From: an uncultured bacterium
GTDB taxonomy: Bacteria; Verrucomicrobiota; Lentisphaeria; Victivallales; UBA1829
Direction: 5' to 3'
Length of the DNA: 64,000 nt
NCBI GenBank assembly: GCA_900549415.1
Contig: URNX01000009.1
Coordinates: 25,271 to 89,270 of the forward strand
The notes under the pieces were generated by a model. The model was not told the DNA's origin. It saw nothing but the letters and a program-made list of their open reading frames with translations, and did no database searches. Below, in pieces: positions 18,169-28,424 of this stretch (positions are counted from its first letter, which is position 1; each line of letters begins with the position of its first letter). The translations under genes and the position numbers were made by a program.

Positions 18169-21100
18169 ATGAAACCAATCCAGACCCCCGCACCCGGAAT
18201 CCATCAGCTGCTCTATACCGGCGATGTCTTTCAGGTCACGCTCAAAACCGCTGGCGCAGGACGCGCATTTCTCCGCACCAACCTCGGCAACGCCGCCGTC
18301 CGCCGCGCCGAAACGATCTCCGTCGTCGACCGCGGTCTCGCCTCTCCCGGACAGGACTGGCACGACATTCCCATGACCGATCTCGGAAACGGCGAATTCA
18401 CCATCCGCCTCGCACTCGTCGAAACCGGACACTTCGAGGCAAAAGCTTATTTCATTCCCGCCGATTCCACCACAGAACTCTGGCCCGACGGTCAGAACGT
18501 CCATGTCAACGTCTCCCCCGCGCCCTACTGCTGCGCCAATTCCATCTACTGCGCATTCATCCGCCAGTTCGGTGAAAACAAAACACTCGCTTCCACCGAC
18601 CGCTCGATCCGTCCGTTCCGCGCAATGGCGGAAAATGAACTCGATCATGAAAACTACACCGTTATCCCCTCCTCCGGAACATTCCGCGCGCTGATCCGCG
18701 AACTCGACCACATCTTCGACCGCATGAAGTGCCGCATCCTGCATCTGCTACCCGTCAACCCGACCCCGACCGTTTACGGGCGCATGGGACGCTTCGGCAG
18801 CCCCTACGCATCGCTCGATTTCACTGCAGTCAACCCCGAACTCGCCGAATTCGACAAGACAGCAACTCCGCTGGAACAGTTCCTCGAACTCGTCGATGCA
18901 GTCCACAGCAAAAACGGCAAACTCTTCATCGACATCGCCGTCAACCACACCGGCTGGGCGTCAAAAATCCATGAAATTCACCCCGAATGGCTCAAACGCC
19001 GCGATGACGGAACCATCATCTCCCCCGGCGCATGGGGCACGGTCTGGGAGGATCTCACCGAACTCGATTACTCAAAAAAAGATCTCTGGAAATATATCGC
19101 AGACGTCTTCATCATCTGGTGTCAGCGCGGCGTGGACGGCTTCCGCTGCGATGCCGGCTACATGATCCCCGTTCCCGCGTTGGAATACATCATCGCCCGC
19201 GTCCGTGAGCAGTTCCCCGACATCATTTTCCTGCTCGAAGGACTCGGCGGCGACCCGGCGGTCACCACACGCCTGCTTGATTACGCCAACATGAACTGGG
19301 CCTATTCCGAACTGTTCCAGAACTATTCCAAAGAGCAGATCGAAGGGTATCTGAACTACGCATGGCGCGAATCCAACGGAAACGGGCTCATGGTTCACTA
19401 TGCGGAGACACACGACAACTCACGTCTCGCCGCCGTCTCCGAAAATTATGCGCGGATGCGCACTGCACTCTCCGCGCTCGCTTCCGTCAACGGCGCATTC
19501 GGATTCGCGAACGGCGTCGAATGGTTCGCAAAAGAGAAAATCGACGTTCATGAATCGCGCGGACTCTCCTGGGGCGCAACCCCGAACCTCGTCGAATTCA
19601 TCGGCAAGCTCAACACGCTCCTGCTCACCGTTCCCGCATTCCACAACGGCGCAAACATGGCGTTCCTCAACTCCGGATCACCGAACGCTGTGCTCTTCCG
19701 CCGCACGGACGCCTCCGGAAAAGGAACGGTTCTCTGCGCGGTCAATCTCGACTGCGAACATCCGGCGCTCATCCAGTGGAACGCCGGCGACGCCGGAGCC
19801 TGCGGGCTCGCGGCTTATGACCTCATCTCCGCCCGGACCGTCGATGTCAAACCAGCGGGAGAAATGCGCTTCCAGCTCGAACTCGCCCCCGGCGAAGCGC
19901 TCTGTCTCTCCGGCAATCCGGAGGATCTCCTCCGCATCCGCGAAGCCAGCGCAAAGATTTTCGACCGCTTCTCCAAGAGCGAAGTACAGGAGGCGCAGGC
20001 AATGGCGCTCAAATGCATCGCATTCCTCCGCCGCTCCGTCGTCCTTCAGCCCGGCGATGACCAGAATGCCGCGGCAAAAGCGCTCCTCGAATCCCCGGAA
20101 GCATATCTCAGAACGCTCCAGCCGGATCTCAAGGATCATCCGTATGTTCTCTGGAACTGGCCGGAAGACGCTCACCGGAAAGTAATGGTTCCGCCTGGAA
20201 AAATCATCCTCGCCGTCGCCCCGTTCCGCTTCCGCGCTTCGCTGAACATCGAAAACGGGAATCCGCAGGAGCATAACAGTCTTGTCGATGCGCGCGGACG
20301 CCATTTCGCGATCTTCTATCCGCAGACGCAGGAGCTGCCGCACAAACGCGCCGTCATCCGCTTCTCCGCGTTCTCCGGCGGAAAAGTGCAGCGCTCGGAA
20401 GGACATCTCCTGCTGCTTGCGCCCGACATTCTCGCAACCGCACTCAGCTACTCGCATGACTACATCCGCAAATACGCCCCGCTCACCTGCATGCAGGCGA
20501 ACGGACGCGGCGCACTCATGCATCTGCGTCTCGACCAGCCGGACGTTTCCTCGCGCTACGACGCAGTCATGCTCGCAAACCTCAGCCCGGATCACCCGGA
20601 AGACCGTCACATCATGTTCCGCCGTCTGCGCGTCTGGGTGCTTCACCACGCACGGACTCAGGAGGTTTCGCTCGTCTGCCTCCGCAACTTTGAACGCGCC
20701 GCGGACGGCGGCTGCATCTGGAATTATCATGTCCCGACCGGAAACGGACTTTACACAGACATCAGCCTCAAGATCGAAATGGTCGCAGGCAAAAACCAGA
20801 CCAGAGTTTCATTCCTCCGCCGCGATACGCACGGACGCGAATATCTGGAGCCGGAAAACCCGGTGAAGCTCATCGTCCGCCCCGACGTCGAAGACCGCAA
20901 CTTCCATTATTCGACCAAGGCGAACGGGCTGGAATCCGTCTGGCCCGGCAAAGTGAACTTCCGCGAACGCGGATTCGATTTCACACCCGCCGCCGGACGC
21001 ACGCTGACCCTGACCGCAGGTTCCGGACGCTTCATCCCCGCCGCCGAATGGAACTACATGCTCTGGCAGCCGAACGAAGCGGCGCGCGGACTTGATCCCT

Positions 21101-22452
21101 ACTCCGATGTGTACAGTCCCGGCTACTTTGAAATCAATCTGACCGGCGGCGGCTCCGTGCAGATCGCGGCCTCCATCCTGACCGATGCGGAACCCGATGC
21201 GCTTCCGCCCGCTAAAGTCACCCCCGCCGACTTCCGTGCCGCAACCGATTCAGGAATCGAAACGAATATGCTCGACGCCATGCGCGCATTCGTCGTCAAA
21301 CGCGGCAATCTCAAAACCGTCATCGCCGGCTATCCGTGGTTCCTCGACTGGGGACGCGACACGCTCATTGCGGCGCGCGGACTCATCGCGGCACGGGAAT
21401 TCCGCGACGACGTCAAAGCCATCATCCGCCAGTTCGCCATGTTCGCAGATCAGGGCACGATCCCGAACATCATCCATGGCGACACTGTCGGCAACCGCGA
21501 CACGAGCGACGCACAGCTCTGGCTCTTCACCGCCGTCGAAGACCTCTGCAAGGCCGAACGTTCCAACGACTTCCTCAAAACCGAAGTCCGTCCCGGAAAA
21601 ACCATTCTCGACCAGCTCGAGGAAATCGCTTCCGATCTCATCGCCGGAACTCCGAACGGAATCAAAGCCGATCCGGAATCCGGACTCGTCTTCAGTCCGC
21701 CGCACTTCACCTGGATGGATACCAACTATCCCGCCGGAACGCCGCGCGAGGGCTACCCGGTCGAAATCCAGGCGCTCTGGTTCGCCGCACTCCGCTTCCT
21801 CTCAAGCGTCTCCGCAACTCCCGGACGCTGGAAGACGCTTGCGGAGAAAGTCCGCACTTCCATCCGCACCCTGTTCCTTTCGGACGACGGCAAATATCTC
21901 TCCGACTGTCTGCACTGCACCGCCGGAACGCCTGCTGCAAAGGCGGTCAAAGACGACCACATACGCCCGAACCAGATCTTTGCAATCACCCTCGGCGCGA
22001 TCGATGACAAGGAGCTCGGACGTTCGATTCTGGACACAGCAGCCTGTCTGCTGATCCCCGGCGCAATCCGGAGCCTGGCGGACAAACCGACGCGTTATCC
22101 GCTCCCCGTCCGCGGCATGAACGGCAATCTCCTGAATGATCCGTCACATCCCTACTGGGGACGTTACGAAGGGGACGAGGACACGCGCCGCAAACCCGCC
22201 TACCACAACGGAACCGCATGGACCTGGCCCTTCCCGTCGTACTGCGAAGCCTACGCGATGATGTATGAAAAAACGGGCGCGGCGGTTGCGCGTTCGCTGC
22301 TCTCCTCATGCGAAATGATCATGCGCAACGGCTGCGTCGGCCATCTCGCCGAGATCCTGGATGGTGATTATCCCCACACCCAGCGCGGCTGCGACGCTCA
22401 GGCATGGGGCATCACGGAGTACTACCGTGTCTGGAAACTGCTTCACCGCTGA
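18169..22452 (+). CDS. fusion of a GH13 alpha-amylase-family catalytic domain (N-terminal) with an amylo-alpha-1,6-glucosidase (GDE_C-like) domain: glycogen debranching enzyme-like (1427 aa)
   Basis: All four GH13 conserved regions are present: DIAVNHTG, GVDGFRCDAGYM, FLLEGLGG and YAETHDNSR. The C-terminal half carries GYPWFLDWGRDTLIAARG and YHNGTAWTWPFPSY, typical of the six-hairpin amylo-1,6-glucosidase domain. Confidence 0.8.
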   Translation: MKPIQTPAPGIHQLLYTGDVFQVTLKTAGAGRAFLRTNLGNAAVRRAETISVVDRGLASPGQDWHDIPMTDLGNGEFTIRLALVETGHFEAKAYFIPADSTTELWPDGQNVHVNVSPAPYCCANSIYCAFIRQFGENKTLASTDRSIRPFRAMAENELDHENYTVIPSSGTFRALIRELDHIFDRMKCRILHLLPVNPTPTVYGRMGRFGSPYASLDFTAVNPELAEFDKTATPLEQFLELVDAVHSKNGKLFIDIAVNHTGWASKIHEIHPEWLKRRDDGTIISPGAWGTVWEDLTELDYSKKDLWKYIADVFIIWCQRGVDGFRCDAGYMIPVPALEYIIARVREQFPDIIFLLEGLGGDPAVTTRLLDYANMNWAYSELFQNYSKEQIEGYLNYAWRESNGNGLMVHYAETHDNSRLAAVSENYARMRTALSALASVNGAFGFANGVEWFAKEKIDVHESRGLSWGATPNLVEFIGKLNTLLLTVPAFHNGANMAFLNSGSPNAVLFRRTDASGKGTVLCAVNLDCEHPALIQWNAGDAGACGLAAYDLISARTVDVKPAGEMRFQLELAPGEALCLSGNPEDLLRIREASAKIFDRFSKSEVQEAQAMALKCIAFLRRSVVLQPGDDQNAAAKALLESPEAYLRTLQPDLKDHPYVLWNWPEDAHRKVMVPPGKIILAVAPFRFRASLNIENGNPQEHNSLVDARGRHFAIFYPQTQELPHKRAVIRFSAFSGGKVQRSEGHLLLLAPDILATALSYSHDYIRKYAPLTCMQANGRGALMHLRLDQPDVSSRYDAVMLANLSPDHPEDRHIMFRRLRVWVLHHARTQEVSLVCLRNFERAADGGCIWNYHVPTGNGLYTDISLKIEMVAGKNQTRVSFLRRDTHGREYLEPENPVKLIVRPDVEDRNFHYSTKANGLESVWPGKVNFRERGFDFTPAAGRTLTLTAGSGRFIPAAEWNYMLWQPNEAARGLDPYSDVYSPGYFEINLTGGGSVQIAASILTDAEPDALPPAKVTPADFRAATDSGIETNMLDAMRAFVVKRGNLKTVIAGYPWFLDWGRDTLIAARGLIAAREFRDDVKAIIRQFAMFADQGTIPNIIHGDTVGNRDTSDAQLWLFTAVEDLCKAERSNDFLKTEVRPGKTILDQLEEIASDLIAGTPNGIKADPESGLVFSPPHFTWMDTNYPAGTPREGYPVEIQALWFAALRFLSSVSATPGRWKTLAEKVRTSIRTLFLSDDGKYLSDCLHCTAGTPAAKAVKDDHIRPNQIFAITLGAIDDKELGRSILDTAACLLIPGAIRSLADKPTRYPLPVRGMNGNLLNDPSHPYWGRYEGDEDTRRKPAYHNGTAWTWPFPSYCEAYAMMYEKTGAAVARSLLSSCEMIMRNGCVGHLAEILDGDYPHTQRGCDAQAWGITEYYRVWKLLHR

Positions 22453-22526
22453 CAGGAGTAAAAATCGCGGGGGACGCCCGCAAAGAGGCTGAAAAGGAAC
22501 CGGAACGGATGATTCCGGAGGAAGAA

Positions 22527-23480
22527 TTAATCTTTTTTGCTCTTCCCCGGCTCCAGCACGGCTTTCATATAGCCGAAAATATTGTGTCCCTCGTACAGCA
22601 GAGGTACCGGAACGGTCCGGATGTAAGCGCCGCCGGTCCGGTCCGTCCGCACCATCATCATCCGGAAACGGTCTCCGGCGCGGGGTCCGCGGTTCCACCA
22701 CGGACCGTACTGTTCCGCCAGCGGAATGGAAAGCTCGACGGCATACCCGTCTGCAGTCCGCCGCGCCGCACACTTCGCGGCTGTGGGGAAATCATCGCAG
22801 ATCCGGATCCACGAACCGCGGGGATCGTTGATATGAACCAGACTCCAGAGTTCGCTTTCCGGATTAACCAAGTACTCATAATAAAGAAGAGATTTTTCAT
22901 CCAGACGGACAAACAGTTCAAACGCATCGCCGAGATAGAGCGGGGTTTCGTCCGGCGTATCAAAACGTCCGCGGTATGCAGCGACTTCCGAATCCCGGAA
23001 TTCCGCAGCGACATAAAGATTCTTTCCCGACCAGCCGACCCGCCAGATGCTCCGGACGTCTTTCAGCGGCTCCGTCCGGTTCAGCAGATATTCCTTGCAG
23101 AAAACAAGCGCATCCGCCCACTCCCGTTCTCCGGCTCTCCCGTCAATATCCGGCGGCGTTTCCAGATACGGAATTGAAACTTCCGCGACCGGAATTTTCC
23201 ACTGCAGACCGGTCTGCACCTCATCGTAAATCCGGGCAAAAAGCCGGACGGCGGAGGCATGACGCGGATGACGCGGATTTTTCACCCGCTCCGCAACATG
23301 TTCCCAGCCGCCGCGAAGCTGCGCGGAGTAACGCGCCGGAGAATCCAGCGCACCGCGGCAAAACGCCGGGTCTGCAAATTCCAGCGCCTTCCGCATCTCT
23401 TCCGGCGAAAAGCCCTCCTCTTTGCCGGACAGGATGAAGAATGCCGAAAAAAGAAACAGAACCACGGCGTATTTCATCAT
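22527..23480 (-). CDS. secreted protein, possible CBM9-like/carbohydrate-binding beta-sandwich (317 aa)
   Basis: There is a signal peptide. PDIDGRAGEREWADA resembles the CBM9/DOMON-type IDG...W motif. The start overlaps the stop of the upstream 971-aa gene by 4 bp. Confidence 0.55.
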   Translation of the reverse strand: MMKYAVVLFLFSAFFILSGKEEGFSPEEMRKALEFADPAFCRGALDSPARYSAQLRGGWEHVAERVKNPRHPRHASAVRLFARIYDEVQTGLQWKIPVAEVSIPYLETPPDIDGRAGEREWADALVFCKEYLLNRTEPLKDVRSIWRVGWSGKNLYVAAEFRDSEVAAYRGRFDTPDETPLYLGDAFELFVRLDEKSLLYYEYLVNPESELWSLVHINDPRGSWIRICDDFPTAAKCAARRTADGYAVELSIPLAEQYGPWWNRGPRAGDRFRMMMVRTDRTGGAYIRTVPVPLLYEGHNIFGYMKAVLEPGKSKKD

Positions 23481-26392
23481 CGTTCAATCTCAATCTTCCA
23501 GAGCCGTTTATGCGTTCCCTCCGCCGCGGGAAGCGTGCAGAGGACGGCGCCGTTTTCATACCGGAATTTCAGCGAACCCGCTTCGCTCCGGAGTCCGCGC
23601 GGAGAATACGGAAGCGGGAAAACCGCCTGTTCACCCGGCGCGGCAAAGAGATTCACTGCAGAGTCTGTTATCACAAAAGCGCCGTTTCCGGAAAATTTGC
23701 CGCAGCCGGAAATCACTCCCGCCGTCACGCCGGAGCTCCGGACAAGAAAACCTTCCGGAGCAATCACGATGTTCCCTTCCCGGAGCGGCTCGCCGCAAAG
23801 ATTCGCAATGACGGAAACATCTCCGTAAACGGCACGGACAACTCCCGGCTCCATCCGCTTCCCGCGTTCATGCGAAAACGACACTAGTTCTTTTCCCGTA
23901 TATCTGGAGCAGACCGCTTTCTGGATGCAATCCAGCCAGCGGAACCACCCCCGTCCCGCCGGACTCAGAACATCGGCGCGGCTGACCATGCTGTAGCCGA
24001 GCGCAAGAGTCCATGCAATCCGCGCGGAATTGCTGACGTCTCCCGCAAGATCGTGATGAGTCAGAATCAGCTTGTCGTGCGTCAGCCCCTGCAGAACGGG
24101 GAAGAAATTCCACGTCTCCTCCGGCCATTTGTTCCAGACGCTTCCCTGCCATGACATGAACTGGCAGATTCCGCCGCTGAAACCGCAGACCATGAACTCC
24201 GAATCGACGAGTCCCCACCAGCACTCTTCCGTCGCAAGCGGAACGCGCTTCGCATCGCGGCGCACCTGCGAGAGAAAACCTTCGGTCACCGCATGGGGCG
24301 CGGGAGACGCCGGATTGCGGTCATAGCCGGTCGCCTTCTGCCAGCTCACCGAGAAGCACTGACGCACTCCGCTCTGATCCTGGAAAACAATATCGGACGG
24401 CAGATCTTCCATAAACTGGCGCAGAAGCGAGTCGTTCGCCCGCCGCACCGCCGGATGCCACATGCAGATCTTCCACCCGCCGTTGCCGGCATACGCCTCT
24501 TTCATCGGCTTCCCGCCGAGGTCCTTCTGGAGAGCCTCCTCCCCTGCCGCAAGGAACGTCGGTCCGCGCGGATTGTCGCACCACCAGGTGTTGTTGGTAT
24601 ACGGCATGAACAGAAGTCCGCGCTCCCGGATTTCGCGCACAAGGGAACGGAATCCATCCATCGTTCCCCACCACTTCGCCGGAGGAAGATGATCAGGATA
24701 CTGTTTGTCGAATCCCCCTTTCAAATATTGTGAGATATGAACGATCGTGTTTTCCGGAAGGTACGGCAATGCCCGGCGCGTCCACTTCTCCGAAGTTCTT
24801 CCCTGCCGCGGATGAAACATCACGCCGCGGCTCACCGCGCGCAAAAGCTCCGCCGAAACCTTCTCTTCTAGCTTTTTCTCAATCCGGTTGTCCTCCGCAA
24901 ACGCCTTCAGCGATTCCAGCGCGTTCTTCCGGAATCTCAGACGCGTCACCGGAGTTTGAAAACTTTTGCCTTTTTCCGCATAAATCATGAACGCACGTTC
25001 AAGGAAACCTCCGCGAACGCTTCCTCCGAGTTCAAACACGGAAGGAACAAACACAGCTTTCCGGTCTTTCTGTCCCGCAAACGGTTCCCACGAGACAGGC
25101 TGAACCGCATACAAAGCGGCATTCCTCCCGTTCAATTCGAAGTGAAAGAAATCCGCCAGAGCGCCCGGAACTCCGTTCCGCTTCGTCGTCATATACTCCT
25201 GCACGCCGAGCTGATAATAAAAACTGTAGCCGCTGCCTTCGAACCAGTATCCGCCCTCTTTCACAAACCGCTTCAGATCATCCGTCATCCCGACGAGATC
25301 CTTTCCGGGAAGCGGAAGACAGAATTCGTTCCCCGGATTTACGATCGCCGCCGTTTCCGGCGAATGCAGCGCCCGCTCAAGCTCTTCCGGATTCCGGATC
25401 AGTTCCACATCAACCGACGCTTTGCGGAACGCCGCAAGCCATTCGCGAAGCTCCGGCTTCGGTGCTCCGATTCCGTACGGCAGAAAAATCAGCGCAACCC
25501 GTTTCCGCGGCGATTCCACAACCTCCAGCCGGTGCTTCCGGATCATCCCGACAATCACCTCCATAATCTTCCGGCAGCTGGCATTCGACGGCTGAAAAGT
25601 CCCCGTCCGGAAGAAGAGCCCGCTCCCGCCGAAGCGGGTTCCACCCATCACCACTTTATCTTTGTATTTGAGAAGCGCAACTTCCGCCTGTCCGTCACCA
25701 AACGGACGCGACGGCGTAAGGCGGATTTCCGACAGAAGCTTCATGTCTTCCGGAAGCAGCCACTTCGACGCCTCCTCCGTCACGGTCAGCGGAATATCCC
25801 TGTAGTGATTGCCCAGATTCAAAAACGGCGAACCGAAAAGCTTCCGCACTGCCGCCTCTCCGATCACCTTATCCTTTTCCCAGATCAAATCCTTCCCCGC
25901 TTCCCGAACCGGACGGAAAAACTTTGCATTGAAACGGCTCCCTATATTCGTCGTCACATTCGAGTGGCAGACAACGCCGTCAACGGCATCCGGTGAAAAC
26001 TCCAGCCGTCCGGGAACAGAAAATTCGATCACATCACCCCTCCGCGGCGTCAGATCCGCCTGAAAATCGACGAAATCTTCTTCTGCCGTTATCGTCACCG
26101 ATACCGGAAGCGCACCGTCTTCATACGAAAGAACCAGAAGCTTTCCGTCCCGCACAATCTTTGATATTTTCCCGGCGGAAACAACGGAGCCGTCCAGCAG
26201 ACGCGCACTCCAGAGACCCTTTTTCCCGCTCGCAAGTGTAAGCTCTTTCCCGTCGATGCAAACGGATTCCACCGCCCCCGTTGCACCGTTCAGACGGAGT
26301 TCATAGCCGCCTCCGGAAACGGAAATACTCTCATTCACTTCCGCAAAACAGAACACCGGCAGAAGCAGAAACAATGCAAGAAATTTTTTCAT
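23477..26392 (-). CDS. large secreted protein of unrecognised family (971 aa), candidate CAZyme by operon context
   Basis: There is a signal peptide MKKFLALFLLLPVFCFA. The gene lies 18 bp downstream of a DUF1559 gene. The protein is Trp/aromatic-rich. I recognised no family motif. Confidence 0.7.
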   Translation of the reverse strand: MKKFLALFLLLPVFCFAEVNESISVSGGGYELRLNGATGAVESVCIDGKELTLASGKKGLWSARLLDGSVVSAGKISKIVRDGKLLVLSYEDGALPVSVTITAEEDFVDFQADLTPRRGDVIEFSVPGRLEFSPDAVDGVVCHSNVTTNIGSRFNAKFFRPVREAGKDLIWEKDKVIGEAAVRKLFGSPFLNLGNHYRDIPLTVTEEASKWLLPEDMKLLSEIRLTPSRPFGDGQAEVALLKYKDKVVMGGTRFGGSGLFFRTGTFQPSNASCRKIMEVIVGMIRKHRLEVVESPRKRVALIFLPYGIGAPKPELREWLAAFRKASVDVELIRNPEELERALHSPETAAIVNPGNEFCLPLPGKDLVGMTDDLKRFVKEGGYWFEGSGYSFYYQLGVQEYMTTKRNGVPGALADFFHFELNGRNAALYAVQPVSWEPFAGQKDRKAVFVPSVFELGGSVRGGFLERAFMIYAEKGKSFQTPVTRLRFRKNALESLKAFAEDNRIEKKLEEKVSAELLRAVSRGVMFHPRQGRTSEKWTRRALPYLPENTIVHISQYLKGGFDKQYPDHLPPAKWWGTMDGFRSLVREIRERGLLFMPYTNNTWWCDNPRGPTFLAAGEEALQKDLGGKPMKEAYAGNGGWKICMWHPAVRRANDSLLRQFMEDLPSDIVFQDQSGVRQCFSVSWQKATGYDRNPASPAPHAVTEGFLSQVRRDAKRVPLATEECWWGLVDSEFMVCGFSGGICQFMSWQGSVWNKWPEETWNFFPVLQGLTHDKLILTHHDLAGDVSNSARIAWTLALGYSMVSRADVLSPAGRGWFRWLDCIQKAVCSRYTGKELVSFSHERGKRMEPGVVRAVYGDVSVIANLCGEPLREGNIVIAPEGFLVRSSGVTAGVISGCGKFSGNGAFVITDSAVNLFAAPGEQAVFPLPYSPRGLRSEAGSLKFRYENGAVLCTLPAAEGTHKRLWKIEIER

Positions 26393-26410
26393 AGCTCGCT
26401 CCCCCGCTGA

Positions 26411-27202
26411 TCAAAGGTTGATGAACTGCATGCTTCCGGTGTAATAACGGGTGACCGGAAGAAGCGCATTGCCCTCCAGCCCGGTCCGGTCCATGCTGCC
26501 CGCGTGTCCGTCCGCATATCCGAGCCCGACCCGTCCGGAATGACGGAGATACAGCGCGTTCTGCTCGCTTCCGTTCCGCTTCGGACGCCAGTTCGCCGCG
26601 CCGCAGTTCGTCGAAAGAGTGAATGAATCCCCGACAAGGAAAGTCGACGACGCCATCTTCATTTTCGCCGTGTTGTGATAGATGCTCATGTCCTTCGCCC
26701 AGACGCTGAAGGATCCCAGTGCGGAATGCTGAAGATTGACCGCCGTCGTGCTTCCATCGTGCTGCGGACGGTACATCCCGTACGTCGAATAAAGTCTCCA
26801 GTTCGAAGTTCCGTTATCCGTATCGGAGGGACACCGCAGGCTTTTCGAGGTGATATACTGCCGATTTGCATGAGCATTCCAGCCGAGCGTCCCGTTCCGG
26901 TTGCTCCCGTTTCCGTCCGTCATGACCGCCGTCCACCGCGTGTACGCGCCCTCGCGGTAAACGACGACCGGCATATGGTTTTCGTAATCGTCCGCATAGA
27001 ACTGCAAAGCGCTCATGCTCTGCTTCAGGTTGTTGGTACAGGCGATGCTCCGCGCCTTTTCCCGCGCCGAGTTCAGGGCGGGAAGAAGCATGCCGGCAAG
27101 GATTGCAATGATCGAAATTACGATGAGGAGTTCTATAAGAGTGAACTTGCGGAATCTGTTCCTGAAGTATGGAACGGGTTGACGGATTGCATTCATTTTC
27201 AT
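26411..27202 (-). CDS. DUF1559 prepilin-type protein
   Basis: [43 protein letters not shown] is the N-terminal signature. The C-terminus carries [10 protein letters not shown]. Confidence 0.85.
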   Translation of the reverse strand: MKMNAIRQPVPYFRNRFRKFTLIELLIVISIIAILAGMLLPALNSAREKARSIACTNNLKQSMSALQFYADDYENHMPVVVYREGAYTRWTAVMTDGNGSNRNGTLGWNAHANRQYITSKSLRCPSDTDNGTSNWRLYSTYGMYRPQHDGSTTAVNLQHSALGSFSVWAKDMSIYHNTAKMKMASSTFLVGDSFTLSTNCGAANWRPKRNGSEQNALYLRHSGRVGLGYADGHAGSMDRTGLEGNALLPVTRYYTGSMQFINL

Positions 27203-27214
27203 TTCTGTGTTCCT

Positions 27215-28228
27215 TTATTTTAATTTTTGAAATTGTTCTGTTCGGAGATCCAGCAGTCTCGGAGTCTGGAGCATCAGCACGCCCGGAGCATCCGGATTCG
27301 CAAGCCGCCAGACCAGCATTTCCACCGCGCGCTCCGCCATGACGGAGAGATTCAGATCAATCATCACCGGACTCGGAAAGAAACCGCTGAGCATCAGAGA
27401 TTTGTCGCAGACCACCACACGGTCCGGCGAATATTTCCGCAGCAGCCCCAAGCTCTCCAGCGCGCAGCAGAGCTTCACTCCGCAGAGGGCGTTGAAACCA
27501 AAAAAACCGATCTTTTCATCGCCCGATTCAATCAGATTTCTCATCCGCTCCGTGAAATCCGGGTCTTCACGGTCGAACGGCATCGGTTCCGCCTGAATTC
27601 CGAGAGCTTTCATCCGGCTCAGAAAAAGAGAGATTCGCGGATGATCGGGAATCTGCACCATGTTCCGCTGCCAGACCACCGCCGCGCGGGTCACTCCGGC
27701 GCGGCGAAGCTGCCCGGACGCAAGAGAGACAACTTCATCGTCGTTCGCGGTAATCCGGTCAAGCGCTTCCCCGCGCGGATCCCAGCCGAAAACCTGAACC
27801 CCGGGGAACTTTTCCGGCAGCTGAAACCCCTGAAGATCGTTGCAGAAAACAATCGCCCGGAATTCCGAAAGCAGTTCCGGCTTCTCCAGCAGCCGGCTCA
27901 GGTTCACATACCGGTGCTCAATCCCGTAACGGCTCAACCCCTGCGAAACAACCGGCATGACGCCATCCCGCACGGGGTCTTCCTCGCCATGATCGTTCAT
28001 CAGAAGCATAACCGTCCCGGTCACCGGCTTCACAGCGGTTTTCTCTTTTGCCCGGCGGGTATAGGAGCGCGGCGAAAAACCCGATTCCGCCGCCGTACGC
28101 CGAATCCGTTCGCCCACCTCGGCCGAAAGCAGCGGCGAATTCCGCAGAGCCAGCGAGACCGTTGCCGCCGTAACATTCAGCTGTCTGGCAAGGTCATTCA
28201 GATTTCTCGGTTTCCTGCAAAGAGTCAT
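27215..28228 (-). CDS. LacI-family transcriptional regulator
   Basis: LNDLARQLNVTAATVSLALRNSPLLSAEVGERIRRTAAESGF is the HTH. A periplasmic-binding-like domain follows, 337 aa in total. Confidence 0.9.
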   Translation of the reverse strand: MTLCRKPRNLNDLARQLNVTAATVSLALRNSPLLSAEVGERIRRTAAESGFSPRSYTRRAKEKTAVKPVTGTVMLLMNDHGEEDPVRDGVMPVVSQGLSRYGIEHRYVNLSRLLEKPELLSEFRAIVFCNDLQGFQLPEKFPGVQVFGWDPRGEALDRITANDDEVVSLASGQLRRAGVTRAAVVWQRNMVQIPDHPRISLFLSRMKALGIQAEPMPFDREDPDFTERMRNLIESGDEKIGFFGFNALCGVKLCCALESLGLLRKYSPDRVVVCDKSLMLSGFFPSPVMIDLNLSVMAERAVEMLVWRLANPDAPGVLMLQTPRLLDLRTEQFQKLK

Positions 28229-28239
28229 CTTTCATCCTC

Positions 28240-28287
28240 AAACGTTTCTATGCCTTAAATTATAACACAAAACCGTTTTTTTGTCAA
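28240..28287 (-). promoter_or_regulatory. sigma70 promoter (TTGACA-17-TGtTATAAT, rc) with an AAACGTTT palindrome between -10 and start
   Basis: The reverse complement of 28259-28287 reads TTGACAaaaaaacggttttgtgtTATAAT. AAACGTTT at 28240-28247 is a CG-centred palindrome of the kind LacI-family operators have. Confidence 0.5.
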
Positions 28288-28424
28288 CGGCACTTTAAAA
28301 TTTATTTGAAAATTAATTTTAAATGAATTTTTAAATAAAACGTCCTTCTCCGCAACTTTTTCCCGTTTGATTTGTCAAAAAATATGACTATATTACCACA
28401 TCTCAAACAAGGAGGAACCATACA

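Noticed and set aside
19678-20730. A 350-aa minus-strand ORF inside the GH13-GDE gene (likewise 24956..25996, 27227..28258 and 34473..35645 inside other genes).
   Set aside because: These are antisense to genes with clear family signatures. They have no start context or motifs and are typical GC-rich artefacts.
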